From: Hormiphora californensis | Lineage: Eukaryota > Animalia > Ctenophora | DNA: 64,000 nt | Direction: 5' to 3' | NCBI GenBank assembly: GCA_020137815.1 | Contig: CM035351.1 | Span: 5,084,001 to 5,148,000, forward strand | Shown here: positions 26,760-48,017 of the stretch, piece after piece | How positions within the stretch are numbered: the stretch's first letter is position 1 | Layout of the letters: every line of letters starts with the position of its first letter | Position numbers and translations under genes: made by a program | The notes under the pieces: generated by a model | Databases searched by the model: none | What the model saw: the letters and a program-made list of their open reading frames with translations, nothing else | Told to the model about the DNA's origin: nothing

Positions 26760-28071
26760 AAATTGGTGCAGGGGCAAAAGTTTTAATTGATTATTATTAA
26801 TTAATTAATTAGAAAATCAAAAATCCGGCTCCGTTATGACTCGTATTTATACTACTAGAACATACATACAAAGTTTCATTTCGAAATTTCAAACGGTGTG
26901 GCCACAGTTTGAATATCAAAGTTGCAAAAATTGTGCAGGGCAAACAAAATTGTGCAGGGGCAAAAGTTTTAATTACTTATAATTAATTAATTAATTAAAA
27001 AAATCAGAAATCCGGCTCTTTTATGACTCGTAGTTATACCACTAGAACATGCATGCAAAGTCTCATTTCGAAATATTAAACGGTGTGGCCACAGTTCGAA
27101 TATCAAATTTACCGAAAATGTGCAGGGGCAACATTTGCCGCAAATGTACAGGGGCAAAATGTGCAGGGGCAAAATTTTAATTGCTTATAATTAATTGGAT
27201 AATTAATTTTGACTATTCCCACTTTTTGTCGATCTTTCTATATGCATGAACTACATTACTACAAAATGTTAGGTCGTTATTTATAGCAGAACAGAAAATA
27301 TACCATTTTTAGTTGCCTTGTTCAGGAAATGTGCAGGGGGTCGAAATCAGCGGTGCAGGGGAAAGATGGTGCAGGGGCAAAATTTTAATTACTTATAATT
27401 AATTAGTTAAATTAAAAATAAGAAATCCAGCCTTTTTATGACTCGTAGTTATACTACTAGAACATGCATACAAAGTTTCATTTCGAAAAAACAAACGGTT
27501 TGGCCACAGTTTGAATATCAAAATTGCAAAAAATGTGCAGGGGTATTTGCCCCTGTACATTTTCAAAAAAAGTGCAGGGGGCCCTAAAAAAGTCCATTTT
27601 TGCATGCCTATAACTAATTAATTAATTAATTTTCAATACTCCCACTTTTCGAATATCATTTTTTATGATTGAAGAACATTCCTACAAAGTTTCAAGTCGA
27701 TATTTCAAGCAGAACGGAAGATAAACCGTGTGCAGGGGCACGCGTGCAGGGGCAAAAAATCAAAATGTACAGGGGCAATGTGCAGGGGCAAATTTTGATA
27801 GCTTATAATTAATTAATTAATTAAAAAATCAAAAATCCGGCCACGTTATGACACGTAGTTATACTACTAGAACATGCCTACAAAATTTCAGGTCGATATC
27901 TCAAACGATGTGGCCGCAATCGCTGCCTGAAATTTGCCCCCCCCCCCCCCCCCGAAAATCTTCTATTCTTCTGCTATATAGGGCCGTCACTTTTTGGATT
28001 TGGTGCAGGGGCAAAAATTTTTTTTTTCGTTTTTTCTGTTTTCTTCGGGTCGGAGGTGCCTGCCGGCACCT
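26760..28071. mobile_element. Complex AT-rich interspersed repeat (Helentron/HINE-like) with four internal subrepeats and a terminal hairpin
   Basis: Recurrent gtgcaggggca motif. The block aaatccggc...ttatgactcgtagttatactactagaacatgc...caaagtttca occurs at about 26820, 27008, 27423 and 27833. Hairpin aggtgcc-tgcc-ggcacct at 28054-28071. Confidence 0.6.
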
Positions 28072-28315
28072 AAATGTATACGATGTTTGTAGACGTGCTA
28101 TATTTTTATGTATCAGAGACAGAAACTATAGTAGCTAGCAATAAATTGTTTTTTGTGCTTTTTTGTTGTTTTGAATGTTTTACTGTTCCTTTACAAGTAT
28201 CAAGTGATTCAAGTGTTTTCCTTCAAACAACAACTCCTTTCTCTCTGTAACCCCAACACCTCCCCATTCCCTCCCTTTCCCTCCCCATAACCCCATTCCC
28301 ACAGTTTCAGTTGAC

Positions 28316-28858
28316 ATGGCCGACGCCGCTGCAGAGACCGTTCCCACTCCAGTTGAGGAGAAAAAGGTAGAGGAGGTTGCCGACAAGAGACCTGCAGAGA
28401 ATGGTGCTGCTGAGGAGGAGCCCCCAAAGAAAAGGGGCAGGAAAAGCAGGACCCCCAAGAAGGAGAAGACTCCTGTTGAACCAATGCGTCGCAGCAGTCG
28501 CCGCTCAACTGTCCTGAGCTCCGAAGCCTCTATCGCTCAGTCCAAGATAGATGAGGAGGAAGAGAAGAAGGAAGCTGAGAAGAGGGCCGAGAAGAAGGCC
28601 GCCAAGACCGAGAAGAGCAAGAAGAGGGGCAAGAAGGCTACTGCCGAGGCGGAGGAAGAAGAGGAGGAGAAGCCTGCTGAGGAGGAGAAGGAAGAGGAGA
28701 AGGAAGAGGAGAAAAAGGACGATGAGGAGAAACCCAAGGAGGAGGAGAAAGTAGTGGAGAAAGAGAACAAGGAGGATAACACGACCCCCGCAGAGACACC
28801 GGCAGCTGAGAAAACAGAGGCTGTGGAACAGACCACGACTGCCCCCGTTGAGGCCTAA
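28316..28858 (+). CDS. 180-aa Glu/Lys-rich disordered protein with an AT-hook-like motif (HMGA/HMGN-like chromatin protein candidate)
   Basis: Intronless ORF with strong codon bias, PPKKRGRKSRTPKK, RRSSRRST and acidic runs. An acceptor tttcag lies 5 nt before the ATG. Confidence 0.7.
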   Translation: MADAAAETVPTPVEEKKVEEVADKRPAENGAAEEEPPKKRGRKSRTPKKEKTPVEPMRRSSRRSTVLSSEASIAQSKIDEEEEKKEAEKRAEKKAAKTEKSKKRGKKATAEAEEEEEEKPAEEEKEEEKEEEKKDDEEKPKEEEKVVEKENKEDNTTPAETPAAEKTEAVEQTTTAPVEA

Positions 28859-29674
28859 CCATCCCCATTAAACAATTATCATACCTATCAGTACCGCTGC
28901 AAAGAGACACCGTGTGCGAGAGAGAGAGAAAGAGCGAGGGACAGTGAAACTAAGATGACTAGAACTGAGCCTTACAATATTATACCTGTGAGAAGTTGTG
29001 ACAGCATGACTGAAAGTGGTTAATTTTTATTAAGAGCCTACATCAATACAATACCAACAGGATTCGTGTCTCTATTATCGACATTTTGTGATGACCCCAG
29101 TATCTCATATCACTAATTTATCGAGGTGATGATGTTTGCTCTTCTTATGTTTTTTTTTTCTTCAGAGTGACAAAGCTTCAGACTCTGCTGCTATAATATT
29201 TGTTACAAATGTTAGTGAATATATAATATAAGGGTACTGTTTATCTGGTTTAAAAGCCACGACCTCTGCTGCAGACATTTAATTTTTGTATTTGAAAAAG
29301 AAAGATATTGACCGGTTCGTTACATTTTATCATCGTTAGGGAATTAGAACAGTTGACAGAGAGAGAGAATTGATCAGTTTATTAAATGGGTCAATTCTGT
29401 GCTATTTTGAGAGGGGGTTATTGGGCGGCGTCTTAAATAGTCTGTGATTCGGCCCCGCGTCTACAATGTAAGAGTTATTTAATCTGTCATCAGTTTGTTC
29501 ACCCTATAACTTTTTAATTTTCAGGACTATACCAAAACAACGAGTTTTACTTTTTAAAACCCCCTAATCTACTGGAGTGACTCCAACCCCTTATCTCGAA
29601 CCTACCCTTCCCCCTATTTCCCCCCTAATCTACACCCTATATCACTAATCACACACCTGGCCCTGTTTCAGTTC

Positions 29675-31541
29675 ATGTCAGCACTCCGCTCTGCAGTTCC
29701 CCGGTTATGTCCTGGGTTAGCTAGACATGGACACATGGTGAACCTTCCAAAGGGTGCCAACTGGGCCCCTTCCGCAACATTTGGTGCCAAGAAGCACAAG
29801 AAATGGCACAAAAAGGGCACCTACAGGATGCAGCTGCACAATGTAAAACCAAATCAGCAACTGATGTACAGGATGGAGGATAGAAAGATGATCCAGTACG
29901 CGTATCAGCTGGAAACTGTACCCCGGACCAAGACATGTGACCCACTAGAACACCTTTGTAACCTAACAAAAACAGCTGAACCTGTTGATTTAGAGCAGGG
30001 GAAGATTCCTGATCCAGATATAGTTCACACACTAGCTGCACGTGTTACACAACATTGTCAAGGAATTAACCAGACCTACCATCTAAAGGGACTATCACCC
30101 AACCCTACCACTCCAATGGAGTTGGAGAGGTTTGCAGAGTTTTACACCAAATCATTCCTGCAACAGCTGGTGTCACTTTTAACAGTTGATGAGCGGGCGG
30201 GGTTACGGGATCGTCTACACTGCAACAGGTGTGTGTCTGCCTGAGTGTCTGTCTGTCTGTCTGTGATCTGTCTGTCTGGGTGTCTGTCTGTGATCTGTCT
30301 GTACTTCCACCCACTATAATAACAGGTGTGTTACACTCTGTTAGTAGTTTGTACAGTTATAGTTAGCCACAACTTCACTTTTAACATTCTGTTACTCACA
30401 CTACCCCCTCTCTAGATCAGTGAACACAGGAACATTCTGGAGAGTGAACGTGGTTGAAAACCCCAAGCGATGCCACAGTTTCCAGCTCTATAACACCGTG
30501 GATTTGTTGCTCAGAAGCGACAACCGGCTGTATCACAGTTACCTAGAGAAAGGAGTGGAGAGAGATATATCAGGGATCAGTCTTCCCCACACGTGCACAC
30601 AGAATCTACATGTGTTTAGGGAGACGAGGGATGTGGTTCAGTATCCCGGGTTTAACAAGAACACTTTCTATCCTTACAATCACACTGTTATGAAGGTAAA
30701 CAATCAGAGAGCTGTCATTATTATTATCATATGTCTATGTTACATTCATAATTCACATGTTACATTTTGTACTGTCAGACGAGAGAGAAAGTCATATGTT
30801 ACACTGAGTATGCTAGCTAACTATTGCATTGTCACTATTAACCCAGACTTAAACTTCTAAATACAACATCATACCTACAATCACCCTTCCTCGCAGGTCG
30901 TTAGTCCAGCCCTAACTGATCGAGACATGCAGGCTGCAGCTATGATGTCAGGTTTCTGTCAGGTCCTACCTTCCCTACAATACAGAGAGGACTTCCTAGT
31001 CCATGTTGACAAATTACCTGCTGTGCGAGAACCAGAGGCAGTCAATGTAGTTGTAACGGATGGAGATAGGTGGGTACAGGAAGAGGGGGAGGGGGTACCG
31101 GGTCTTCTTTTAGTCTGTGTGGTAAACTCCGGGGCGTTTCATAATTCACTGCCTTCCCTGTTATAATCCCCTCTACATGTAGTTTACTGGGAGTTTACTC
31201 TATACCATTACTTCTTAACTTCCTCCCTGTTTATTGCCCCCATCCCTCTCCATACAGCCTATAGTTTACTCTGCTCTGTCTTCCCCTGCAGTTCATAATC
31301 TGTAGTTTACTCAGGTTTCTGTTATAGTCCCCCTCTCCCATCCTAACCATAGCCCCATCTCCCCAGGTACGCCCTGGCTGTATACCAATGTAACACGACC
31401 AACATGTGTGGACTAAAAGGCGAAGGAGAGGGTGTTACCAAGGGTAACGGGGTAGCGCTGGCACCAGTCCAACATATATTTGAGGAAGGGGCAGTGAACC
31501 ACGAACTGTTGCAGCAGCTAGTTGGCATGTTAATTAATTGA
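29675..31541 (+). CDS. MRPL37: Mitochondrial ribosomal protein mL37-like (mL37/mL65 family); exons ~29675-30228, 30416-30695, 30897-31069, 31367-31541
   Basis: Basic presequence-like N-terminus MSALRSAVPRLCPGLARH, then YPGF...YPYNHT and PEAVNVVVTDGDR|YALAVYQCNTT, resembling mL37 PVVVQSVGTDGR.FHFLVFQLNTT. Confidence 0.6.
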
Positions 31542-31957
31542 GAGAGTATTGTTTTGTATAAAGGGTTAACTTATTGATTGTTTTGTTTAGTTCTTTTATG
31601 ATCTGTTTTTCTAGAAAATATGCATGTTTCTCTCAATTACCTCATTTGCTAGCTCCTAAACCAGTTATGTAGGATGTGTACATTCCCCTTCTCGTAACAA
31701 CAGCACCCTCCTCTTGGGAGACTCAATGTCCAGTCCCCTTCTTAGAGGCTCTTCCCTCACCAAACATCATTTCTCTTTCATCCCCATGCAGTGTAAAATG
31801 CAATGTGAGCTACATACAACATAACACAAATCATTCTCTCCCATTACCTGACATCTTACAAGTTACAACCATCAACACCACTTGGCACTTTTTTTCACAA
31901 CACCCCTTTTTATTTCCCCGACATCTCACAACCACAATATCTCGTTTTGTAGCAAAT

Positions 31958-33044
31958 ATGGCAGGAGGTAAAGCAGGGAAGGATGCGAAGAAGAAGGAAC
32001 AAAACATGAGCAGGAGCATGCGAGCTGGGCTTCAGTTCCCCGTGGGACGTATACACAGGTACTACACTGATCTAGAGTGGGGGGCGTCTACTGGTGTGAC
32101 TATCTCTCTTTGTTCTTCATTTTTGCAGTGCTAGAGAGAAGTGAGCTAGAGAGAAATGGTAGTTAGGAAGGGAGAGAGAGCGAAGGGTGGAGCTTACAGT
32201 GAGTGTACCCAATTAGGTCTCTATCGAGCACACTATTGCCAACACACACAGTTACGCTCTCTCTTTCTTTCTCTCTCTTTGTATTCGCTCTCTCTTGTCA
32301 AAGGTAAAACTCTCTTTCTCTCTCCCTCTACCCAATTTACCACCAGGTACATGAAATCTCAGACGACAAGAAAAGGAAGGGTGGGCGCCACCTCTGCAGT
32401 ATACAGTGCCGCAATTTTGGAGTACCTAACAGCTGAAGTGCTGGAGTTGGCAGGTAACGCTTCCAAGGATCTCAAAGTGAAAAGGATAACTCCCCGACAT
32501 CTCCAGTTGGCAATTAGGTAATTAAAACAGTTAGCAATTAGGTAATTATAATTTATCGAACCGTCTGGATGAATTACGAAAACCTTGAAACGGATTCTAG
32601 GTCCTAGAATTTAGGAAAGTTTCAAGGGAAATTCCAAACAGTACAGCTAGTCGTGTGCAGCAGCATTAGCAGCAAAGCAGACCCCCGTCCCCTATTACTG
32701 CATACCTTCATACCTCCCTACACTTTGTCTCTTTCCTAACACCTCTACTCTGATGTCTTTCTTTCTCCGTACACTTTATCCTCCTCTCTCTTTCCCTCGC
32801 CACTGTTGTCTTACAAAAAACTACCCTCTCCGAACCGCGACATTACGTCATGTAGTATGACAACACCACTTTAATCTTTCTTTCTCCATCTTTCTCACCA
32901 CTGAAACTTTCTTTCTCTCTCAGGGGAGATGAAGAGTTGGATACCTTGATTCGAGCTACAATCGCTGGAGGAGGTGTTATCCCTCATATTCACAAATCAC
33001 TAATTGGAAAGAAGGAGCAGACGACTCTCACTAAATCCGGATAG
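31958..33044 (+). CDS. H2AZ: Histone variant H2A.Z; exons 31958-32058, 32347-32517, 32924-33044
   Basis: MAGGKAGKD...[13 protein letters not shown]|YMK...[48 protein letters not shown]|[30 protein letters not shown]. Confidence 0.97.
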
Positions 33045-33602
33045 AGAGATAGACACCTCCCAGTGAGAGCGATAGCCCTCATCGATCCAAACCAAGAGCC
33101 ATCCCGCCCGGGGATGAGAGAGAGAGGGAAATGACAGTTATTTTGTCCCTATATGAAACCATCCCCCCACATTATTCTTTAAGATTTATTTTAAAGTGTG
33201 TTTTTCTCCAGCCAATGTATGTGTGTGAGAGAGAGTGGTAGACACTTTAATACACCACTGATTCTTAATTATTATTCTCTTCATCTTATTAAATGTACAT
33301 TTTCGAGGTCAAAACTCGACCATTCAGTTGTTTTCTGTTCTGAATTCCAGCAGGCTGAAGTCGCCGCGTTTTAGTTTGTATTGTGGGACAGAATCCCAAA
33401 ACACCACACACACGACTAGCAAAACGATGGGATGGTTGAGTGCAAAGTTGGCTGCGCTCACTCATTCACTCTCTTTCCCGCGCGCGCGACATTCCCGCCC
33501 TCTCAGAACAGAGACGAGTGCCACCTCGTTTTGGCACCATGTTATTTCACCCCACCCTCTTCACTAGGCCCCCATCTCACCCCTCCACTCCCAACTAGCA
33601 AG

Positions 33603-34133
33603 ATGGCCACATACCGGGACCTAGAAATGCAATGTATCCTCACTCCGGAAGAAATTGACGGATGGAAGGCTAACAAAGCAGCTGCATCTCGTAGGAGCAA
33701 GATAGTTTTCAAGAAAATCAGCTGGTTTGAACGGATCAAGAGACGTTATATCTCCCCACCCTACCAAACAGTATGTCTCTTTCTCTCTGAGTTATGGGGT
33801 GGAGAGCGAGAGGAGGAGCAGTGCTCTGAAGCAGAACTAGAGACAGCTCTCGATCTGGTGCTATCGACTCTCCTCAGTTATGGTCTGGGAGCGGGGTTTG
33901 TGTTTGATAGGACCAGGTTGAGGGAAATGGTGGAAAAGAGAGATGAGGTGATGAAAAGTGTTTCAAAGGGTGATCAAGATGAGATGATAGGATGGTTAAT
34001 GGCCAAGAAAGTAGCTGATAAAGCTCCGGATATTTGTAAAACGTTCCTGAGAGAAGCTCCCCTCCGAGGTTTGGAGATATCTGCTGCATCTTCGTTCATG
34101 TGTCTACTGCTAGAACAGGCATATGAAGTCTAG
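33603..34133 (+). CDS. Uncharacterised protein of about 176 aa
   Basis: Open frame MATYRDLEMQCILTPEEIDGWK... with natural composition. A pyrimidine tract and actag acceptor lie 4 nt before the ATG at 33603. No family recognised. Confidence 0.6.
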   Translation: MATYRDLEMQCILTPEEIDGWKANKAAASRRSKIVFKKISWFERIKRRYISPPYQTVCLFLSELWGGEREEEQCSEAELETALDLVLSTLLSYGLGAGFVFDRTRLREMVEKRDEVMKSVSKGDQDEMIGWLMAKKVADKAPDICKTFLREAPLRGLEISAASSFMCLLLEQAYEV

Positions 34134-34863
34134 AGACAGCGGTATTGGCCAAATGGGTCTGGAAGCCATTCTTGGGACTGATACTCAGACCTGGTTTCAC
34201 ATTAATTTCATACACTAACATAACTATTTACTATTCATCTTCATTGTACACACTCATTACTTATTATTCATCTTCATTTCATTTTGTACATTCTTCATTT
34301 GCATCATCTTGTTTTGAATCCCATGAAACTTTCTAAATTATAACCATGTATAACAGGAAGGTTCATGTCTGGCCAGTACCATGACGTGGTGCACTGGCTT
34401 CTGTGCAGAAATTTGGAAATTCCTTGAAAATCTTGGCAGACAATCTTCCAACTACTAAAACCCAGGTATTTATTTCTCCAGGGATTTATTTCTCCTCCGT
34501 TTGTCTGCACCTATTCTCTCCGATAGAAAATGGGGCCACCTTGTTCATTAAAAAGGAGAGAGAAAGGGGGAGAAAGAAAGGAAGCAAAAAGGAATCAATC
34601 AAGAGTGAGAGAGAGGGGGAAATAACATGAGAGAGCAATGAAATGAGAGAAAGAACGGTTATGTGAGAGAAAGGGAGAAATAATGGAGAGAGCGAGTAGA
34701 GAGCTCTCAGATCTCCTTATCTCTGTAACGCCTCCTCCCCTGTTACCGTGCGCCTCCTCCACAGCCCTCCAAACGCAGTACAACGGTTATTCACCACGGC
34801 TCTCCCTTTCAATTCTCATTCTCGCTCCTTTGTTTCGCACCTCTAGTTGATCTGCTGCAAACC

Positions 34864-39424
<4,561 letters not shown>

Positions 39425-39557
39425 ATTGTTTTTTGAATGTGAACTGCGATGTTGTTAATTAAGTTATCCAAAACATGAACCTTGATAGTAATGTCTTGTC
39501 CCGGGGTATGTCGCTATGTTCCAACCCTCCTTCGGCCCAAGTTTTGGGCAAGACAGG

Positions 39558-40149
39558 GTCGACCTTGGTAATGAAATTCCCCCTCTGCGCTAGCTCACGG
39601 AGGGGTAATAATATCGCTTGTACGGCGGGAAAAAGATTCCTGTGTCCAAACTACAAAACAGAAAGTTCTAATTTTTTGAACATACCGAGGAAATTGTCTG
39701 AGCTACCATTACATACCGGAATTTTTCGATATTTTGGCCATTAACACTGTTTTTGTTTTTGGAAAACTATGAAGATGCTGGAATTTGGCTACAAAAACCT
39801 TCAGAAATGTGCAAAATGCCATTCCAAAGGTATTAGAGGTGGATTCATTGATAACTAAGCTATAGTCGAGTCAGAAAAAATTCCACAAGATTGGAATTTT
39901 ATGCCCATATAAGGAGTTATGCGACACACCTCTGTTGTTAAACATGTGGTGTAATCGCTACCGGTCGTTACTTTCTGTAGAATTCAGGTCCTGGTTACTA
40001 TACAAACTAGTACCATACGTTTTAGATAGGTTTTAGACAAGTTTTCGATAACTTTTTATGAGAAGGTCCCGTAAATTTTCATTTTTAGGTAGGCGGTATT
40101 GTCACCCCTATATGCAATAATAGGGGTGACTTCGTAACCAAGGGTCGAC
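39558..40149. mobile_element. Element of about 590 bp bounded by imperfect terminal inverted repeats
   Basis: gtcgaccttggtaatgaaattcccc pairs with ggggtgacttcgtaaccaagggtcgac. A related motif ttggttacgaagttacccc occurs at about 26562. Confidence 0.5.
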
Positions 40150-40573
40150 CAAGGTTACTGGAAACTAAATGGTATGACTCTCGGGCCAATCCAATCAATG
40201 ATTTTGAAAATCATTTTCCATCCTGCACTGTATTCGCGCGGCGGGGCCATGTGCCTACATAGGATCCTTTCCTCAGATGGCAGTTACCGCGCGCTCCCTC
40301 ATCTACCCACCACCCTTCAACCAGAGCAAAGATAAAAACTCGTGTTCTATTCATTGGAAATGTAAAACACACAACGTCAATTGCTACTGTGACAGAACGA
40401 CTGCTGCACTGTGAAGTGAAGCACAAAGAGCATGCACCCGGCATATCTGTTGTTATTTTATCAGAGAGAGAGAGAAAGAAAGGTCAAATATTATACAGGA
40501 AAGAAATTGCACATTGAAATGTTTTAAAACACTGATAATTAAAGTCCAACAACACTCTAATTAAAGTTCCCCA

Positions 40574-43999
<3,426 letters not shown>

Positions 44000-44427
44000 A
44001 CACTATATAATGGAGTAGTGGAGTTACTGGGAGAATAAAGTGGGGGGGGGGGGTTGCCTAATGGCTGAAAGAGGGGAAATTAAAGCGGTTAAAGGAAAGT
44101 GAGAAACTGAGAGACAGAGTTTTTTGATATTAAATGTACATAAACTGCACGTGTGGCTGTATAAGCTGACCGCTCCGTCTATTATACTGTGCATTAGTAA
44201 GTTATTCATACCACGATGGAAAGAAATGAGCATGAACTATTATTTAGGGGACGGTATGTGATAGTAGGAGGAATAGTTCAGCAATGAAATAAAGATATTA
44301 CTTGATAAAAATATATATAGCCTGCCTTCAAATACAACGACACACACACAGAATAGCAGGCATAAAATAAAAGAGATGGCTTTTTCTCTCACTCTCTGAA
44401 CAAGGTATAATGGGTATATATTTTCTC

Positions 44428-45918
44428 TCATCCTTTAGCTAGTGAGCGCTTGTTGAACCCAAATCCGGAGGAGAAATAGTCATTAGCCTTGGGAGTATTC
44501 TTCTTATCTTCAGCAGCACCAGGATTTACAATTTCAAGCCCTTGTAGAGGTGTAAATGCAATACTGGAGGCAGTACCGGATGTTTGGGCTCCTGTTTTCA
44601 CCGTAGATTTCCCGCCCCATATAGCCTGATCTTTCTGGATCTTTTCTCTGGACTTTCTTAGGAAAGAGTGAGGGCTGTCTTCTTGTCAATCACAGCCTGC
44701 CGCACCTTCCCAGATCCCTCCTTACCCACGTTACCCTAAACTAAACCCGATCTCGCCCTGTAGGACATCCTCCTCTACCTGTGCAAATGTCATCCTGTTT
44801 GCTCTCCTCCTCAGCTCAGTGACCGCTGTTTTCTCCTTCATCTTCCTCACCCTCCTACCTCCCCGCTTCTTCCTCGGCTCGTCGTCATGGTCTGGGGAGG
44901 GCCTTGCCGCGTGTAGGCCGGGGGTGCCTCCTGGAGTTTATCAATCTTGGTGGTGATGTCATCGAAGAACTGCTGCCCAACATGACCATCCGGAGCCTGG
45001 TGGCAGGCATCTAACTCTGGCAGCCAGGGTACACTTAGCAGCCAACAGTTTGGCAGCTTTCCTCCTGTACTCCTTAGTGAGTCCCTGGACCATCTCAGAA
45101 GTAGTATAGGATCCCAGTGTGAGGCTTGTATCTGAGTGCTACTAAACCCGCTCAGGGCCTTCTTGGTCTGGACCCAACACCAGGACATTGCAACTGGGCA
45201 TCTTAGAGAGAGCGGTCAGACCCCCAGCCTGGCCCATCAACTTAGGTAGCCACTGTAGTACCGATAATCCTTGACAAGTTAGGGGCGATCATAGGCCATC
45301 CTAGGACTCAACATACAACAAGATATTCTGCCGCACTTCATCGAGTTCAAATGCCGCCGCACACGCTTCTAATCAGGAGTTTCAGTTTATCCTCCTCTAA
45401 GTGGTTTTCCCTGAGTTGTGGCAGCTGTCACACTCACCACCATCACAGTAGCAGAGGGGAGGAAGTTGAAGGGACTCTGCGTCAAACCTACTTTTGTGTA
45501 GATCATTACCAAGATATGACACAGTCTTGATAAAGTCCATGGGGTTTAGAACAAGGGATTCTAACTCAGGGAATCGATCACTATAAAGATCCCTGATATA
45601 CTTGTGAATAAAAAACACCTCATTATCAACCTCTACAGCCATGTTATTAGCATCTACTATCAAGTTGTACTCGGGATGTGACTCAACAGGACCCGAACAG
45701 TGGGCTGGCTCCTTAGAAAACACATCGATTGCCTCTTTAATATCCAATAGTGTCTGTGAGTGAAGGAGGCGGAATATGTTGGTGTGCTCGGTGTTGGCTT
45801 CACTCGTTTCCATTTCTTCCAGTTCCTCTTTTAGAGGTTTGGTGTCCTCTGCATCGAAGGCGGAGGGGTCCTCATCCAGTTCATCGAGGTCAGCTAACAG
45901 TTCATCGGCCAGAGACAT
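44428..45918 (-). CDS. PRPF31: U4/U6.U5 snRNP protein Prp31, intronless, with frameshifts in 44600-45450 (probably sequencing errors)
   Basis: MSLADELLADL, GPVESHPEYNLIVDANNMAVEVDNE..IHKYIRDLYSDRFPELESLV. Downstream fragments GGLTALSKMPSCNV, MTELRRRANRMTF, SGTASSIAFTPLQGLEIVNP and YFSSGFGF. Confidence 0.95.
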
Positions 45919-45979
45919 GGTACCTTGCTGCTGTTTGGAAAGTGGGGCTGTTAGGAGGGATGGGGAACAAGGAATAGGA

Positions 45980-46033
45980 ATGGGATTCGATTATGGGATT
46001 CGGTTATGGGATTCGGTTATGGGATTCGATTAT
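45980..46033. repeat. 13-bp tandem (atgggattcgRtt) x4
   Basis: Direct inspection. Confidence 0.8.
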
Positions 46034-46173
46034 AAGCTAAGGAATATTCTTAGGGATATTTTATTCAAGAGAACAGAGGGGGCCAGGGGATTTTATATAT
46101 TGTAGTCAGTAAAACGCATGTAATCTCAATAAGCCTTCCATTAAAATAACATCTACACAACCCGGAATAACAT

Positions 46174-47881
46174 CTACATAACTAGGAATTGTCTGATTTG
46201 TCCCGCTGTAGGACTACCGCTAGGTTTCATCTCCCCCAACTGGGAGGGGGCCACCATGCTCCTCCTCTCAAACATCAGTACCTCTTTACAGATGTCAGTA
46301 AGAGGCAGAGAGGCAACAGTCTCAGGGTTTGTCGGTGAGCAGGGAAGGAGAGACCTGATTCTGTGTCTACAGAGGTCAACGAGGGGCGAGGGGCTTGTAG
46401 TTTTCGCTCCAATCCTCATTAACAGTTCTGATTTTGGCGGATTCATTGTCACTGGATGACTTTTATTACGCAACATGAAGACTTGTGTCTGGTGAAAGGA
46501 GGGAACTTGGTCAACCAGGGCCTGATGTATAAAGTGCTTGTGGTCCTCTCCTGCAGTAGATTCTACAATGTACTGGAGAGTGAGAGGGAAGACACTGTCC
46601 CTAGTGAAGGTATAGTTAGACCTAATCAGGTACCCCAAACATTTCACCCTCCCATGCCTTACAACAACCTTCAAGACAGAACTAGGTACTATCTCCATCA
46701 GTGACCATCGTGGCATCAGCTTCACGAGCGCCTCTATCAACTCCAAACAGTCCATATCCTGGAGTGTCTTGACAAGCTCCGAACTTGCCCCAGCCACGGC
46801 TGTATCACGCGGCATCTTCTTGAGGAGGAGCTGGAGGATGAAACAGGAATCATCCTCCATCCCAGTGGTGGCAAGGTTCTCGAAAACAGATACTGAGGGG
46901 TGTTGAGGAGTAGGGGTCGGTGCTACACATCAGGGGGTCTGCACCGTGTTTCAATAAGCTAGTAACACACGATATACTGTTGTTAAACACCGCCTGACTG
47001 AGAGGCGTGTCAACCTCAGTTCGACCGATAGCGCCCTCAACGTCAGAGCCTGCCTCTAAAAGGAGAGAGAGACACCGGGGGTGGCCCCCGATCACTGCAC
47101 TGTGTAGAACAGTACCGTTTGTAGTAACAACGCTCACACTAGCCCCCTCAGCCAGGAGGCACTCTACAATCTCTGGGTGTCGGTTCTGGGCCGCTAGAAA
47201 CAAAGGAGTAACTCCATCACTAGCCTTGAGATCCACTGCGTAGGTGTACCTCTCAAGGAGGAGCTGGGCACTAGCAAGATGGCCTTCTTGGCACGCCAGA
47301 TGTAGGGGTGTGATCCCATAATCAGTTGCCTTGTATTGGAATCCAGGCTGGGATATTGTCTCCCTGAGGAATTCCGTGCAACCCTTCCTAGCACAAGAGT
47401 GAGCAATAGTCCATCCCTCGAAGGACGATATATTGGGGTTTATCTCCATCTCAGTAATCAGTGTTCTAAACAGAGGCAGATTATCGTTCTCCACCGCTCT
47501 ATCTAAACAGGAACACCCATCCCCGTCCACAGCATCCACTACAGCCCCCTTAGAGTGGAGTAACCTCACTGCCTCCTCCCTGTTACTCGCTACAGCCAGC
47601 ATGAATGGGCTGACTCCCTTGTGGGTTAGACAGTTCACATCTGTATCGGGGGATGTTAGGAGGGCAGTACAGCAGGCCACATTACCCCTCTCAGCAGCTA
47701 AATGTAGAGCAGTCCGACCCTGGTTATCTGGGATATTGGTACTTGCTCCTGCAGCTATCAGACTTACTACATCGGCCTCTGCCTCCTTGATACACGCCTT
47801 GCTGATCTCAGACAGAGTTGAGTGGTCGATATAGGAGAAGGGGCAGGGGCGAGAGGGGCTCTTTGATCGTCGACGCTTCAT
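46174..47881 (-). CDS. ASB: Ankyrin repeat and SOCS box protein (ASB family), split by one frameshift near 46860
   Basis: Several ankyrin repeats (GRTALHLAA, GITPLHLACQEGH, GVTPLFLAAQNRH). The C-terminal SOCS box SPSPLVDLCRHRIRSLL...VASLPLTDICKEVL is in the overlapping second ORF. Confidence 0.88.
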
Positions 47882-48017
47882 TCCTGAGATGGAAGTTGTT
47901 ATTTGTAAACTGAGAATTAGGGACTACTAGGGTGAAAGGAAACGCTTTTATCAAACTAAAACGCTAAAATGTTACAATATGTATTTTCCATTTACAAAGA
48001 AAAAAAATCAATATTAT

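Noticed and set aside
44600-46860. Programmed frameshifting or pseudogenes in PRPF31 and ASB
   Set aside because: PRPF31 is essential and otherwise well conserved; clustered indels fit sequencing error.
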